DNA from: Scyliorhinus canicula
Taxonomy: Eukaryota
DNA: 64,000 nt
Direction: 5' to 3'
Assembly (NCBI RefSeq): GCF_902713615.1
Contig: NC_052158.1
Coordinates: forward strand, 153,095,400-153,159,399
The notes beneath the pieces were generated by a model that made no database searches, was not told the DNA's origin, and saw only the letters and a list, made by a program, of their open reading frames with translations. Shown piece by piece: positions 38,901 to 49,719 of this stretch; position 1 is the stretch's first letter, and each line of letters starts with the position of its first letter. Made by a program: the position numbers and the translations under genes.

Positions 38901-39850
38901 TTCAAAGACACGCAGTACCTGTTCCTTGAACAAGTTCCACATTTCACTTGTGTCCTTCCCTGACAGCCTATGTTCCCAACTTATGCACTTCAATTCTGAC
39001 AGCATTGTATTTACCCTTCCCCCAAATGTAAACCTTGCCCTGTTGCACGCACCTATCCCTCTCCATTACTAAAGTGAAAGTCACAGAATTGTGGTCACTA
39101 CCTCCAAAATGCTCCCCCACTAACAAATCTATCACCTGCCCTGGTTCATTACCAAGTACCAAATCCAATATGGCCTCCCCTCTGGTCGGACAATCTACAT
39201 ACTGTGTTAGAAAAAGCTTCCTGGACACACTGCACAAACACTACCCTATCCAAACTATTTGATCTAAAGAGTTTCCACTCAATGTTTGGGAGGTTGAAGT
39301 CACCCATGACTATTACCCTGTGACTTCTGCACCTTTCCAAAATCTGTTTCCCAATCTGTCCCCCACATCTCTGCTGCTATTGGGGGGCCTATACAAAACT
39401 CCCAACAAGGTGACTGCTCCTTTCCTATTTCTGACTTCAACCCATATTACCTCAGTAGGCAGATCCCCATCGAATAGCCTTTCTGCTGCTGTTATACTAT
39501 CTCTAATTAGCAATGCCATCCCCCCACCTCTTTTACCATCCTCCCTAATCTTGTTGAAACATCTATAACCAGGGACCTCCAACAACCATTTCTGCCCCTC
39601 TTCTATCCAAGTTTCCGTGATGGCCACCACATTGTAGTCCCAAGTACCGATCCATGCCTTAAGTCCAACCACCTTATCCCTGATGCTTCTTGCATTGAAG
39701 TATACACACTCCAACCCATCTCCTTGCCTGCAAGTACTTTCCTTTGTCAGTGTTACCTTCCCCACTGCATCATTACTTGCTTTGGCATCCTGAATATCGG
39801 CTTCCTTAGTTGCTGGACTACAAATCCGGTTCCCATTCCCCTGCCAAATA
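35955..39850 (-). mobile_element. CR1 LINE, nearly complete ORF2 (AP endonuclease + RT), with nested SINE and CR1 in its 3' UTR
   Basis: YFNARSI, ITETW, GGGMAL, YRPP, MGDFN, LDLV, SDH; KSPGPDG, NYRPVSL, QHGF, YMDFSKA; frameshifted. Confidence 0.92.
36058..36755 (+). mobile_element. CR1 3' fragment nested inside a minus-strand V-SINE (about 36030-36949)
   Basis: 173-aa ORF LVRPHLEYCVQFWSP...; (ctatgtt)n tail; SINE halves on either side. Confidence 0.88.
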
Positions 39851-40368
39851 TACGTCTCATTCTTGTCCCCTCAGTCTCCTCTGCTGCAAGGAAAACAACC
39901 AATCGCTCTTCATAGCTAAATCTCCCCAGCCCAGGTAACACCCCAGTAAATCTCCTCAATATCCTTTCCAGTGTTATCGCATCCCTCTAATAATGTAGAT
40001 TCCAGAACAGTGCACTATAGAACCAAAGTTTTATACAGTTCCAGCATAACCTCCCGGCTCTGATACTCGACGCCTCGGCTAATAAATACAAGGAGAGCAT
40101 ATGCCTTCATAACTACTTCATCCACCTGCCCAACTACCTTAAGGGACCTGTCTAAATGCACCCCTCTAAACCTCGGTGTTTCCCACGCTCCTGCCATTTA
40201 ACATGCTTTCCCTTGGCGTGTTTGTGCAGCCCAAGTGCATCGCCTCACACTTATCCAAAATAAATTCGATTTGCCACTGACCAGTCCATCTGACCAGCCC
40301 ATCAATACCCTCCTGTTATCTAAGGCTATCTTAAGAACATTAGAACTAGGAGCAGGAGTAGGCCAGAG

Positions 40369-40965
40369 TGGGGGGTGGGTGAGGGACAGACGGAAAGGCA
40401 AACAAAAACAAAAGGGAGTCATAATAGAGGGGAATATTCACCGTCTGAAGTTGGTAAATTCAATGTTGCTCCCAGAAGGCTGGAATGTGCCCCCCCCCCC
40501 CCCCCCCCCCCCCACACACACACACATTTATCTAATTGTCCTTCACCTCCGCTTCTGGGTGTCTCTTTTTCTTCAAACGAATGCTTCCCCACCTCACACT
40601 GCCATGTGCATGTTATCAAAGCTCAGTGCCAATCCTTCCCCTACTTGTTTATTATTCTCCCCGTCATTCTTCGCGCCTCTCTCCCTCCACTACGTTGTCA
40701 CTTTTTATGGATCACTCCTGCTGGTTTTCATACCGCCGTTTGATTTATCGCAAAAAAATCTTGCTTCTAAGCACCATCCCGCCATCCCAAAACTCCACAG
40801 TAACTTCTTGCACCTACCTGTGCGCTGTTCTTCATTTCTTTTTGTTTCTGCCTGCTTGCCAGCTCTCGGTAACAACATCTACACCCGGCCGTCATACCTT
40901 CAGGAATGGACCCAACATTATCCCTGACCATCACCACTCTTGTTACAACTATTGCTGTTCTAATT
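40369..40965 (+). repeat. Direct repeat copy 2
   Basis: matches 34711-35270 with an extra about 43-bp segment. Confidence 0.9.
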
Positions 40966-42462
40966 GCCAATGATGTTGGAAACAACCTCCCAGTTACCAT
41001 CCTATCTATTCCCTTCATAATTTTATATGTTTCTATAAGACCCTCCCTCATTTTTCTAAATATAACTGTAGTCCGAGACAATTAAGTATCTCCTCATAAA
41101 CTAATCCTGTGGACTCTGGAATGAACCGAGTGAATCTCCTCTGCACACACTCCAGTGGCAGTACATCGTTTCTCAAGTAAGGAGACCAGAACTAACACAG
41201 TACTCCAGGTTTGGCTTCACCAGCAGCTTGGACAGCTGCAACATAACCTCCCAGCTTTTAAACTCCTTCCCGCTATCAATGAAGGACAAAATTCCATTAC
41301 TTCCTGCACCTGCATACCAGTTTTCATGATTCATGCAAAATGACACCCAGGTCCATCTGCACAGCTGTAAGCTTCAATTTTTTTTAACCATTTAAAATTA
41401 TCGTTAATTTTTCTATTATTCGGACAAAAATGGGTGACCTTACATTTGCCAACATTGAACTCCATCTGCCAATTAAATGAAAATTAGTATTAACCCGATC
41501 AGTCCATAAGAGGGTCGTTTAGGAGCCTGGTAACTACGGGAAATATGAGGTTCGGAAATGTTTTCTTGTAGTATAAAATAAAATTGCATCTATAGTGTAT
41601 ATGGAACACAATAACAGCTATTTGTGAAACTTACAGCAACCCACTGACATTTGTGGGCAGTTATCGAAAAAAAATCTATTCTTAAAGGTACACAGCCAAT
41701 GCGCAGAGTGGACAGGGGAAGGTCTTAATCCATTTTATTGCTTAATCCAAAAAAATAATTCAAATTGAAATAAATTCATGATCTTCAGAAAAGAGATTTA
41801 CAAGATCTTGCACATCGGTCGAAGGGAATTGGAGCGCTTTTTCAAATGGCACTGGTTTCGCTTCGAAAGGCGTGTTTGGATAATCTGAATTCTCTCACAA
41901 TGTACCCGAACCGGTGCCAGAATGTGGCGACTGTGGGATTTTCACAGTAACTTAATTGCAGTGTTAACGTAAGACTACATTAATGATTAATTTTAGCTAC
42001 GGCATTGCATCGGCATTGGAAGTTGCTTTCCGATTTATTCTTCAATAATTGTAGGTGCCCCGAGCCGCATTATGTTTAGTGCAGGATCTGAGCATTATTT
42101 TATTGACTTTAGTGTGGAAAAGTAGAAGTGTTAGGCGTGCAAGGATATTTGAAAAGTTAAGTGGGCATTAATCTAATTTTTGCTTTTGCGTAAACATGTA
42201 TCACAATTAAATATAATTGTCTAATTTTCTTAATCTGAATCAGTAAGTAGAAACCGTGAAGAATATTAATTGGAGAGTCAGGATCATTCAGAATACGTTT
42301 TTGCTGTAATACAACTGATGATATTTTCAATCTATAAACATTATATATGTGTATATGTCTCTCTCTCTCTCAAGTCAATTGCATCTTAACTATACTATGC
42401 AATAAGCGATTGAACAATGATTTGAATGTCTGAGTATCGTGTTTTGTTTCTATATGCCACAG

Positions 42463-42748
42463 TTTTCACCTGTCCAGCTGCCGGTTGATGCAGACTATGA
42501 TATTCGCTGTTGAAGAAATTAACTAGAGCCAAACTCTCCTTCAGAATTTCAAATATAAAATCTACGATGACTGCGCGTCCCCCACTATTGCGTCAAAAAC
42601 AGCGCTCGCTTTGGTCAATGGAGAACAAGGAGTAATTAATTACCCTCGGTGCAAAGGTCCCTCTGATGTGGCAGCCATTATTGGTTGTGATATGTCCACG
42701 GCCTCCATAGCTGCTGCAAGATCAGTCGGCTCTTTCGAAATTCCGATG
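42463..42748 (+). pseudogene. V2R-like pseudogene: orphan exon 2
   Basis: close paralog of 24974-25265 with splice sites intact, in-frame TAG at 42524-42526 (CAG in gene 2) and 6-bp deletion (LG); no exon 1 or exons 3-6 found. Confidence 0.92.
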
Positions 42749-42894
42749 GTAATGTGTGAAATGTTTTTATTGAACCAGATTTTAATGCCTTCGGTTTTAA
42801 AGTTTAGCAGCACACTGGAAACTCAATCACACACACAGCAACATTAAATAAAACACTCCTGTGTCGGAGGTGAAGCCAAGTCTGAGTACTTGCG

Positions 42895-43248
42895 GGGGCA
42901 GCAGGGTAGCATGGTGGTTAGCATAAATGCTTCACAGCTCCAGGGTCCCAGGTTCGATTCCCGGCTGGGTCACTGTCTGTGTGGAGTCTGCACGTCCTCC
43001 CCCTGTGTGCGTGGGTTTCCTCCGGGTGCTCCGGTTTCCTCCCACAGTCCAAAGATGTGTGGGTTAGGTGGATTGGCCATGCTAAATTGCCCGTAGTGTC
43101 CTAATAAAAGTAAGGTTAAGGGGGGGGGTTGTTGGGTTCCGGGTATAGGGTGGATACGTGGGTTTGAGTAGGGTGATCATGGCTCGGCGCAACATTGAGG
43201 GCCGAAGGGCCTGTTCTGTGCTGTACTGTTCTATGTTCTATGTTCTAT
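42895..43248 (+). mobile_element. Young HE1-like V-SINE with CR1/HER1-type tail
   Basis: tRNA-like head, V-domain, gggccgaagggcctgttctgtgctgta + (ctatgtt)n; absent at the equivalent gene 2 site (about 25412). Confidence 0.9.
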
Positions 43249-43877
43249 GAATGTACAGAGGTTGTAAAATGGACATCAGCAGCTCCAATGCCCCCAGAGT
43301 ACTCAGCAGTGAAAATTTTATCCCACAGTCGGAAATGTTTAAATGAAAGATTAAACGTTGTTCTACTAGTCACAATTACGTTTTGCGCGTTGAACATTAT
43401 AATTATTTAATATAAATATTACAATTATTTATTTGAGAAATTATTTTTCATTCAGCACCTCATTCGACGCACCTTTTATTGCTCTTGAGAAGGTGGCGGT
43501 GAGCTGCTGTCTTGAACCGCTGCATCCATGTGACGCAGGTGAAGCCACAGTGCTGTTAGGGCGGAAGCACCGAGAATTTAACCCATGGACAGTGAACGGA
43601 CAGCCATTATGTTGTTTGGCTTGGTGAGAAATTACACATGTTGGTGTTCACACGCATCTGCGCCCTTTGTCCTTCTCGGTGGTAGAGGTCGTCTATTTGG
43701 AAGGTGTTGTGGAAGGAGCCTTGGTGAGCTTCTGCCGTGCATCTTTTAGGTGGTAAGGATTGGTGCCACTGTGTGTCGGTTGTGAGGGGAATAATGTTGA
43801 AGGTGTTGAATGGTAGGTGAATGATGCGGGGCTGCTTTGTTCTGGATAGTGACCAACTTCTTACACCACATCCATTG

Positions 43878-46855
43878 CGCCTAACCATTGCGCCGCCGTG
43901 CCGCCCATTTATCAGCCTTTTGAGTGGCATCTTATGGAACCCGTTTTGGAAATTCAGCTACATGTACTGTTTCCCCTCTATATAACCTGCTTGTTCCTGT
44001 CTTAAACAATTCGAATACCTTATAGTCGCTTCATAATCCCATGAAACCAAACTGACTCTGCTTGAATATTTGATGTATTGGTAAATGCTCTGCTATTGTA
44101 TCCTTCATAATGGACTCTAATATTTTACCAAATACAGATAACTGGACTACATACCTGTTTTATCTCCATCCATTAGTAAATATTGTTTGTTAACCCCCCT
44201 GGGCTTTTCCAGAATTTATCGATTCTTGGAAGATTACTAGCGGTGCACCCATTATCTATGCAGCTGCTTCCTTTAATATCCCGGGATACAACCCAGCAGG
44301 TCCAAGGGACTTATTGGCCTTTAATCCCATTAGTTAGAACATAGAACATAGAACAGTACAGCACAGAACAGGCCCTTCGGCCCTCAATGTTGTGCCGAGC
44401 CATGATCACCCTACTCAACCCACATATCCACCCTATACCCGTAACCCATCAACCCCCCCCCCCCTTAACCTTACTTTTATTAGGACACTACGGGCAATTT
44501 AGCATGGCCAATCCACCTAACCCGCACATCTTTGGACTGTGGGAGGAAACCGGAGCACCCGGAGGAAACCCACGCACACAGGGGGAGGACGTGCAGACTC
44601 CACACAGACAGTGACCCAGCCGGGAATCGAACCTGGGACCCTGGAGCTGTGAAGCATTTATGCTAACCACCATGCTACCCTGCTGCCCCCAGTTCCTCTC
44701 ATACGTTTTCCTCTGGTGACAGTAATTATACTTATTGGAGGTTGGAGGTTTTGTCCGACTCTACTTCAAATCGGGGTAACGGAGCATTCGCATCCACCTT
44801 GGTGGACAGATGTGATTGCATCTTAAGAGCTCACCGCCTCCAAGTGCAGCGCTCTGTTAGCACCGCACAAGAATTCCCCCTGCTCAGAAACAAGCCTTTG
44901 GCAAAACATGTGTTTTTGTTTTATTTTAATATTGGTGTGCTTCCGTCTGCAGCGATACACCGGAGAAGCACACATCATTTCAAATGCAGCAGTTCCAAGA
45001 CTGCAAAACAATTCTGGGTGATAAACTCCGACCAGTGACCCAATTGTTTTCTGCTCTGTTTCCTGTGAGTGGACACACGGCCTGGCATCGGCTGTAGTTT
45101 TAATTTGGTTCGACAAATGTAAAAGGAGGCATAACAAGTGAGAAACCCGTTTTTCGTTTCACACCCAATTTATTTCTCTTGACACATCGTACACAAAATC
45201 TCAAAGTCAAAGTCTATCTCATTGTCTATATTACGGTCAACAAAATCTCCTCTACCTGGTTCAATGCGGAGAGTGAAATCCTGTGTGTGCGTGTTGGCCT
45301 GAGTGTCTCCGGAATGAGAGAGGGAATGGTCCTGAGCGGCGACTCCCCTTCACATTGTGATGAAACGTCAGCACCGCGTTCTCGTTCCGTTCGGATTACC
45401 CCAGCAAACAGGATTGTCTGGACAAGGACAGGATAAAGGGCCAGTGGAATGAAACAGTGCATCCTAGCGGGAGTTAGATCAAAACAAGTGACCATATTCG
45501 ACACAGGGAATGTCCAAATAGAAAAAAAAATCCAAGTCGCACTCAGAGCTTCGGTGCGAAAGGGAATGTTGCCCCATCACATCTTACCCCAGTATCACTA
45601 CAGGTTTGTGAACCGAGGCAAATGTAAACATTCAAATTATTGCAGGCATGATGTGGAGATGCTGGCGCTGGACTGGGGTGGGCACAGTAAGAAGTCTGAC
45701 AACACCGGGTTAAAGCCCAACAGGTTTATTTAAAATCGCTTTCGGAGCGCTGCTCCTTCACCAGGTGAAGTGGAGGCAGGTTCACAATCACAGCACATAG
45801 AGGAGAGACACAATTGTGTGGTTTGCAATAGACCTGTTGGACTTTAACCTGGTGTTGTGAAACTTCTTACTGTTCAAATTACGGAGCAGAGGTAACGCTT
45901 CAGCCGTGACATTTCATCAGAATTTTCATCAGTGTTCTATCAAATGTAGCGACCTGAAATCCACAGGCTCTGCCGAATCTACTGAGTGTTTTCAGCATTG
46001 TCGATGATTTTTTTTTCAGGTTTCCAGCATCTGAAATTAAGGAATTTGGGCGGCGAGGTTACCCACTCTCCCGTCCATCCCGATGAACAGAATTCGCTTT
46101 CATTTCTTCCTGCCGTCAACTGAAACTGGTCTTTCCGTTTGAGATCTTTAAGACGCACGTTATAAGACGCATTTACTCTTGATGCGGAATTATACGGAAG
46201 GTTTCTTTGAGCAGATGTAAAATCCAGTTGCCTCAGAGAAACAACCTGGAAAGTGCTAAAATAACCTGGAAAAAGGAAAGGTGAATGGAATTTCCACCGA
46301 GTAGGACAGGTTTGAGAATTTGGAGGTTATTGTGAGGTTGGGGCACTATTTATACATTCAGCAACTCACCAGGTTTGGGTCAGAATTCAAACCTGTTTTG
46401 GTCACGCAGCACAGAACAGTCTGTTATTTCCATATACCGAGTGTGGTTTAAAAGGATCGCCTCACACATCAACTTGCATCAACGACTTCTGCCACTTCCT
46501 CACGGACAGTTTCAGTATCAACCAGTCCGGGCTGAAAAAGAACACGTGGCTTTGATCAATGTAAGATTTTATATTCATCTCTCATTGGTGAAATATATTT
46601 CTTTGGTTGCTTTGATCTATAATTTACCTTAAAATTAATTGCTCGGGAGATATGCATTTTTCTTTATCCTTTCAGGAGACGCACTGCTAGGTCAATAATG
46701 TCATTGTCCATCCCGAAAGCACAGTGGTTAGCACTGTTGCTTTACAGCGCCAGGGTCCCTAGTTCGATTCCCAGCTTGAGTCAGTGTCTGTGCAGAGTCT
46801 GCACGTTCTACCTGCATTGCAGTGGGTTTCCTCCGGGTGCTCCGGTTTCCTCCCA
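43878..46855. repeat. Left arm of about 3-kb inverted duplication
   Basis: reverse-complement match to about 55568-58752 including shared SINE junctions and unique sequence. Confidence 0.9.
44335..44690 (-). mobile_element. Young HE1-like V-SINE with CR1-type tail
   Basis: nearly identical reverse complement of 42895-43248; absent from the right arm (about 58312). Confidence 0.9.
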
Positions 46856-47015
46856 GAAATCCCGAAAGACATGTTGTTCGCTAATTCGGACATGCTAAAT
46901 TCTCCCTCTGGTTCCCGAACAGGCGCCGGAATGTGACAAGAGGCTTTTCACCGTAACATCATTGCAGTGTTAATGTAAGCCTACTTGTGACAATAAGGAT
47001 TATTCTTATTATTAT
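46713..47015 (+). mobile_element. V-SINE with Rex1-like tail
   Basis: V-domain then cttttcaccgtaac...cttgtgacaataag + (tta)n. Confidence 0.75.
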
Positions 47016-48247
47016 TGCCCCAGCGCTGGCGGTGAACCTTCATAGAACCCTCAAGCCACGTTGTTTACTTACACCCAAAATGTTATTCGACAGTTCCATG
47101 ATTTGGACCCAGCGACAGTGAATATAATTCTAAGTCAGGATGCTGCTTGTTTGCAATGGAAAGTGCCCGGTCTTGTTCACATGCATCTGTTGTCCTTGCA
47201 TGTCTGGGTGGTATAGGTGTCGGGTTTCTAGGTTGCTTTCGAAGGAGCCTTGGTGAACTGCAGCGAGGTGAACAGGTGGCAACCAAGCAAGCTGTTCAAT
47301 TGTGTCAAACTTCTTGAATGTTATTGGAGCTGCATTCATCCAGGCAAGTGGAAAGCATTCGAGTACACTAGTGAATTGACCCGTGTAGATAGAATCATAG
47401 AATGTACAGTGCAGAAGGAGGCCATTCAGCCCACCTAGTGTCTGCATTGTCCCTTGGAAAGAGCACCCCACTTAAACCCACACCTCAACCCTACACACGT
47501 AACCCGGTAACTCCATCCAACATATTTGGACACAAGGTGCTCCGGTTTCCTCCCACAAGGCCTGAACGACATGCTGTTAGGTGAATTGGACATTCGGAAT
47601 TCTCTCTCAGTGTACCCGAACAGGTGCCGGAGTGTGGCGACTAGGGGATTTTCACACTAATTTCAATGCAGTGTTTTTAGTAATAAGCCTGCTTGTGATA
47701 CTAATGGAGAATTCACAGAAGCTGACCTGTTCTTAATAGCCACACCACGCATATACATAGCTGGCCCAGTTCAATTTCTGATCAATTTCTGATCATGCGT
47801 AGGAGGTTCAATGATAGTATTGCCATTGAATGTGAAGGGCAAAGTGTCTCATTCTCTCCTTTTCAAATGGTTATTTTCTGGCACTTCTGCAGCATGAATG
47901 CTACTTGCTGTTTCTCAGTCCATGTCAGAATGTTGACCCTGTCTTGCTGCGTGAGGGATGAACTGCATAAGTGCTTCAGGAGCCCTGAATGTTCAACACG
48001 AACATTGTACAATCCTCATTGAAAACCCCACTTCTGACCATATGATGGTGGGGTCTTTGATGAAGCAGCTGAAAATGCTTGTGCCTGGGACCGTTCAATG
48101 TAGGACTCTACTGGGAGTGAAATCGTTGGCTTCCAAAACAAAACAATATTCACCGGTATTACTCCAACTAGTGCCGGATGCACCCCCCACGCCCGTTCCG
48201 ACTGAGCCCCCTTGCTCCGTCTCGAAACAGTGCCATCTACATTGACT

Positions 48248-48542
48248 CCAGTAAGAAGTCTTACAAAACCAGGTTAAAGTCCAACATGTTTGTTTCAGAC
48301 ACTAGCTTTCGGAGTACTGCTCCTTCCTCAGGTGAATGAAGAGGCATGTTCCAGAAACATATATATAGACAAATTCAATTTTTCTACATATATGTTTCTG
48401 GAACATACCTCTTCATTCACCCGAGGAAGGAGGAGTGCTCCGAAAGCTAGTGTTTGAAACAAACATGTTGGACTTTAACCTGGTGTTGTAAGACTTCTTA
48501 CTGTGCTCACCTCAGTCCAACGCCGGCATCTCCACATCATGA
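48248..48542. mobile_element. Penelope-like foldback insertion (about 120-bp inverted arms) with 10-bp TSD ctacattgac
   Basis: 48250-48369 is the near reverse complement of 48383-48503; ctacattgac at 48237-48246 and 48543-48552; related pieces at about 45645-45875, 53450-53570, 56533-56750 and 57965-58045; Penelope assignment from recall. Confidence 0.7.
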
Positions 48543-49719
48543 CTACATTGACCCAGTTTCGCTGGGGATCCTTGATGCCACATTCCTTTAAATGCGATCT
48601 TGATGTCATGGGCGTCTTGATGACATCTCGTTTCTCCATGTTTGGAACAAGGCTAAAATGACATCAGGAGCTGAGTAATCCTGGAGCAACTCAAACTGAG
48701 CGTTAGTCAGCAGGTTGTTTCTGAATAAGTGCCACTTGGCAGCACTGTCGATGGTGCCCTCGCTAACATGAAGGGGTTTTTAAATCCATTAATGAACATG
48801 AGCATGGGAGTTTCCTGTGGGCGGAATATGTACTGTGCATTTAGATGCGATTCAGAGTGTTCATTAATTTGCCATTACTCCGACTGAATCAGAAAGCCGG
48901 AGGTGAGGGTTTTGCCGTGGACAACTGGCATTACATTTGTTGCACAAAACAACAAATACAACAGCCTGTCACTAGTCTCATATGTCACTTTGTGGATTCC
49001 GTGGTCTTTTAACATCTGGTGAGTTTAAATATTTCTGTCTTTGAGCTACAAAGTGAATACATTCACGTTATTTGAATGAGACCTTCGCTTTCTCAGAATC
49101 AAGATCCTTCAAATATTAGATTTCCTGTCACTTTATGCGACATCACTTGTGTTATTGCATCTTATTAAACAGGTTCACCTGGTTGACTGTACCTAAGAGC
49201 GGACAGGGCAATGTTAAAAAATGTCTGGCCTCCAGTACAGCACGTATTAAACTCAGTAAATGTTACTCGGGTATAACTAAGGAGAACTGTCTGCTTGTAG
49301 CCAACTTTCAAGGATGTTATTCATGGAATTACATTGCAAAGTTTCTATTAAGCTCTTAACTATCTGCGCTGTCATTTGTAGCACTTGCTCAGTAGACTAT
49401 ATTTTAAATCAGGTGCTCATTCCCCTTTTCCTGGCAATGCACATGTTGCTGTGATTTCCTTATTCCCGTTTAAAGGTGAAATGAAATGAAAATCGCTTAT
49501 TGTCACGAGTAGGCTTCAAATGAAGTTACTGTGAAAAGCCCCTAGTCGCCACATTCCGGCGCCTGTTTGGGGAGGCTGGTACGGGTAATATGGGTTCAGC
49601 AATAGTATTTGCATCGGACGCTTGAAGTACCATGTTACTTGAATTAAACATTTTTCCGTTGCCACAGTGATAAATGTTAAAAATGTTTAAGTTGTTCATA
49701 GATACGTGACGCATCATTT

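Larger units (their letters stand above)
41541..43865 (+). repeat. Partial segmental duplicate of V2R gene 2 (intron 1-exon 2-intron 2; source about 23023-25590)
   Basis: colinear intronic matches such as gccaatgcgcagagtggacag, ggaagttgctttccgatttattc and actcaatcacacacacagcaacattaaataaa. Confidence 0.9.

Noticed and set aside
42895-42970. tRNA-like A/B-box sequences throughout the window
   Set aside because: They are SINE heads followed by V-domain and LINE-type tails, not tRNA genes
45240-45320. Minus-strand SGDTQANTHTQDFTLRIEP, reminiscent of an Ig V-domain E strand
   Set aside because: No YYC, no B-strand Cys or WYxQ in register, stops upstream, no RSS; would need a profile search to revive
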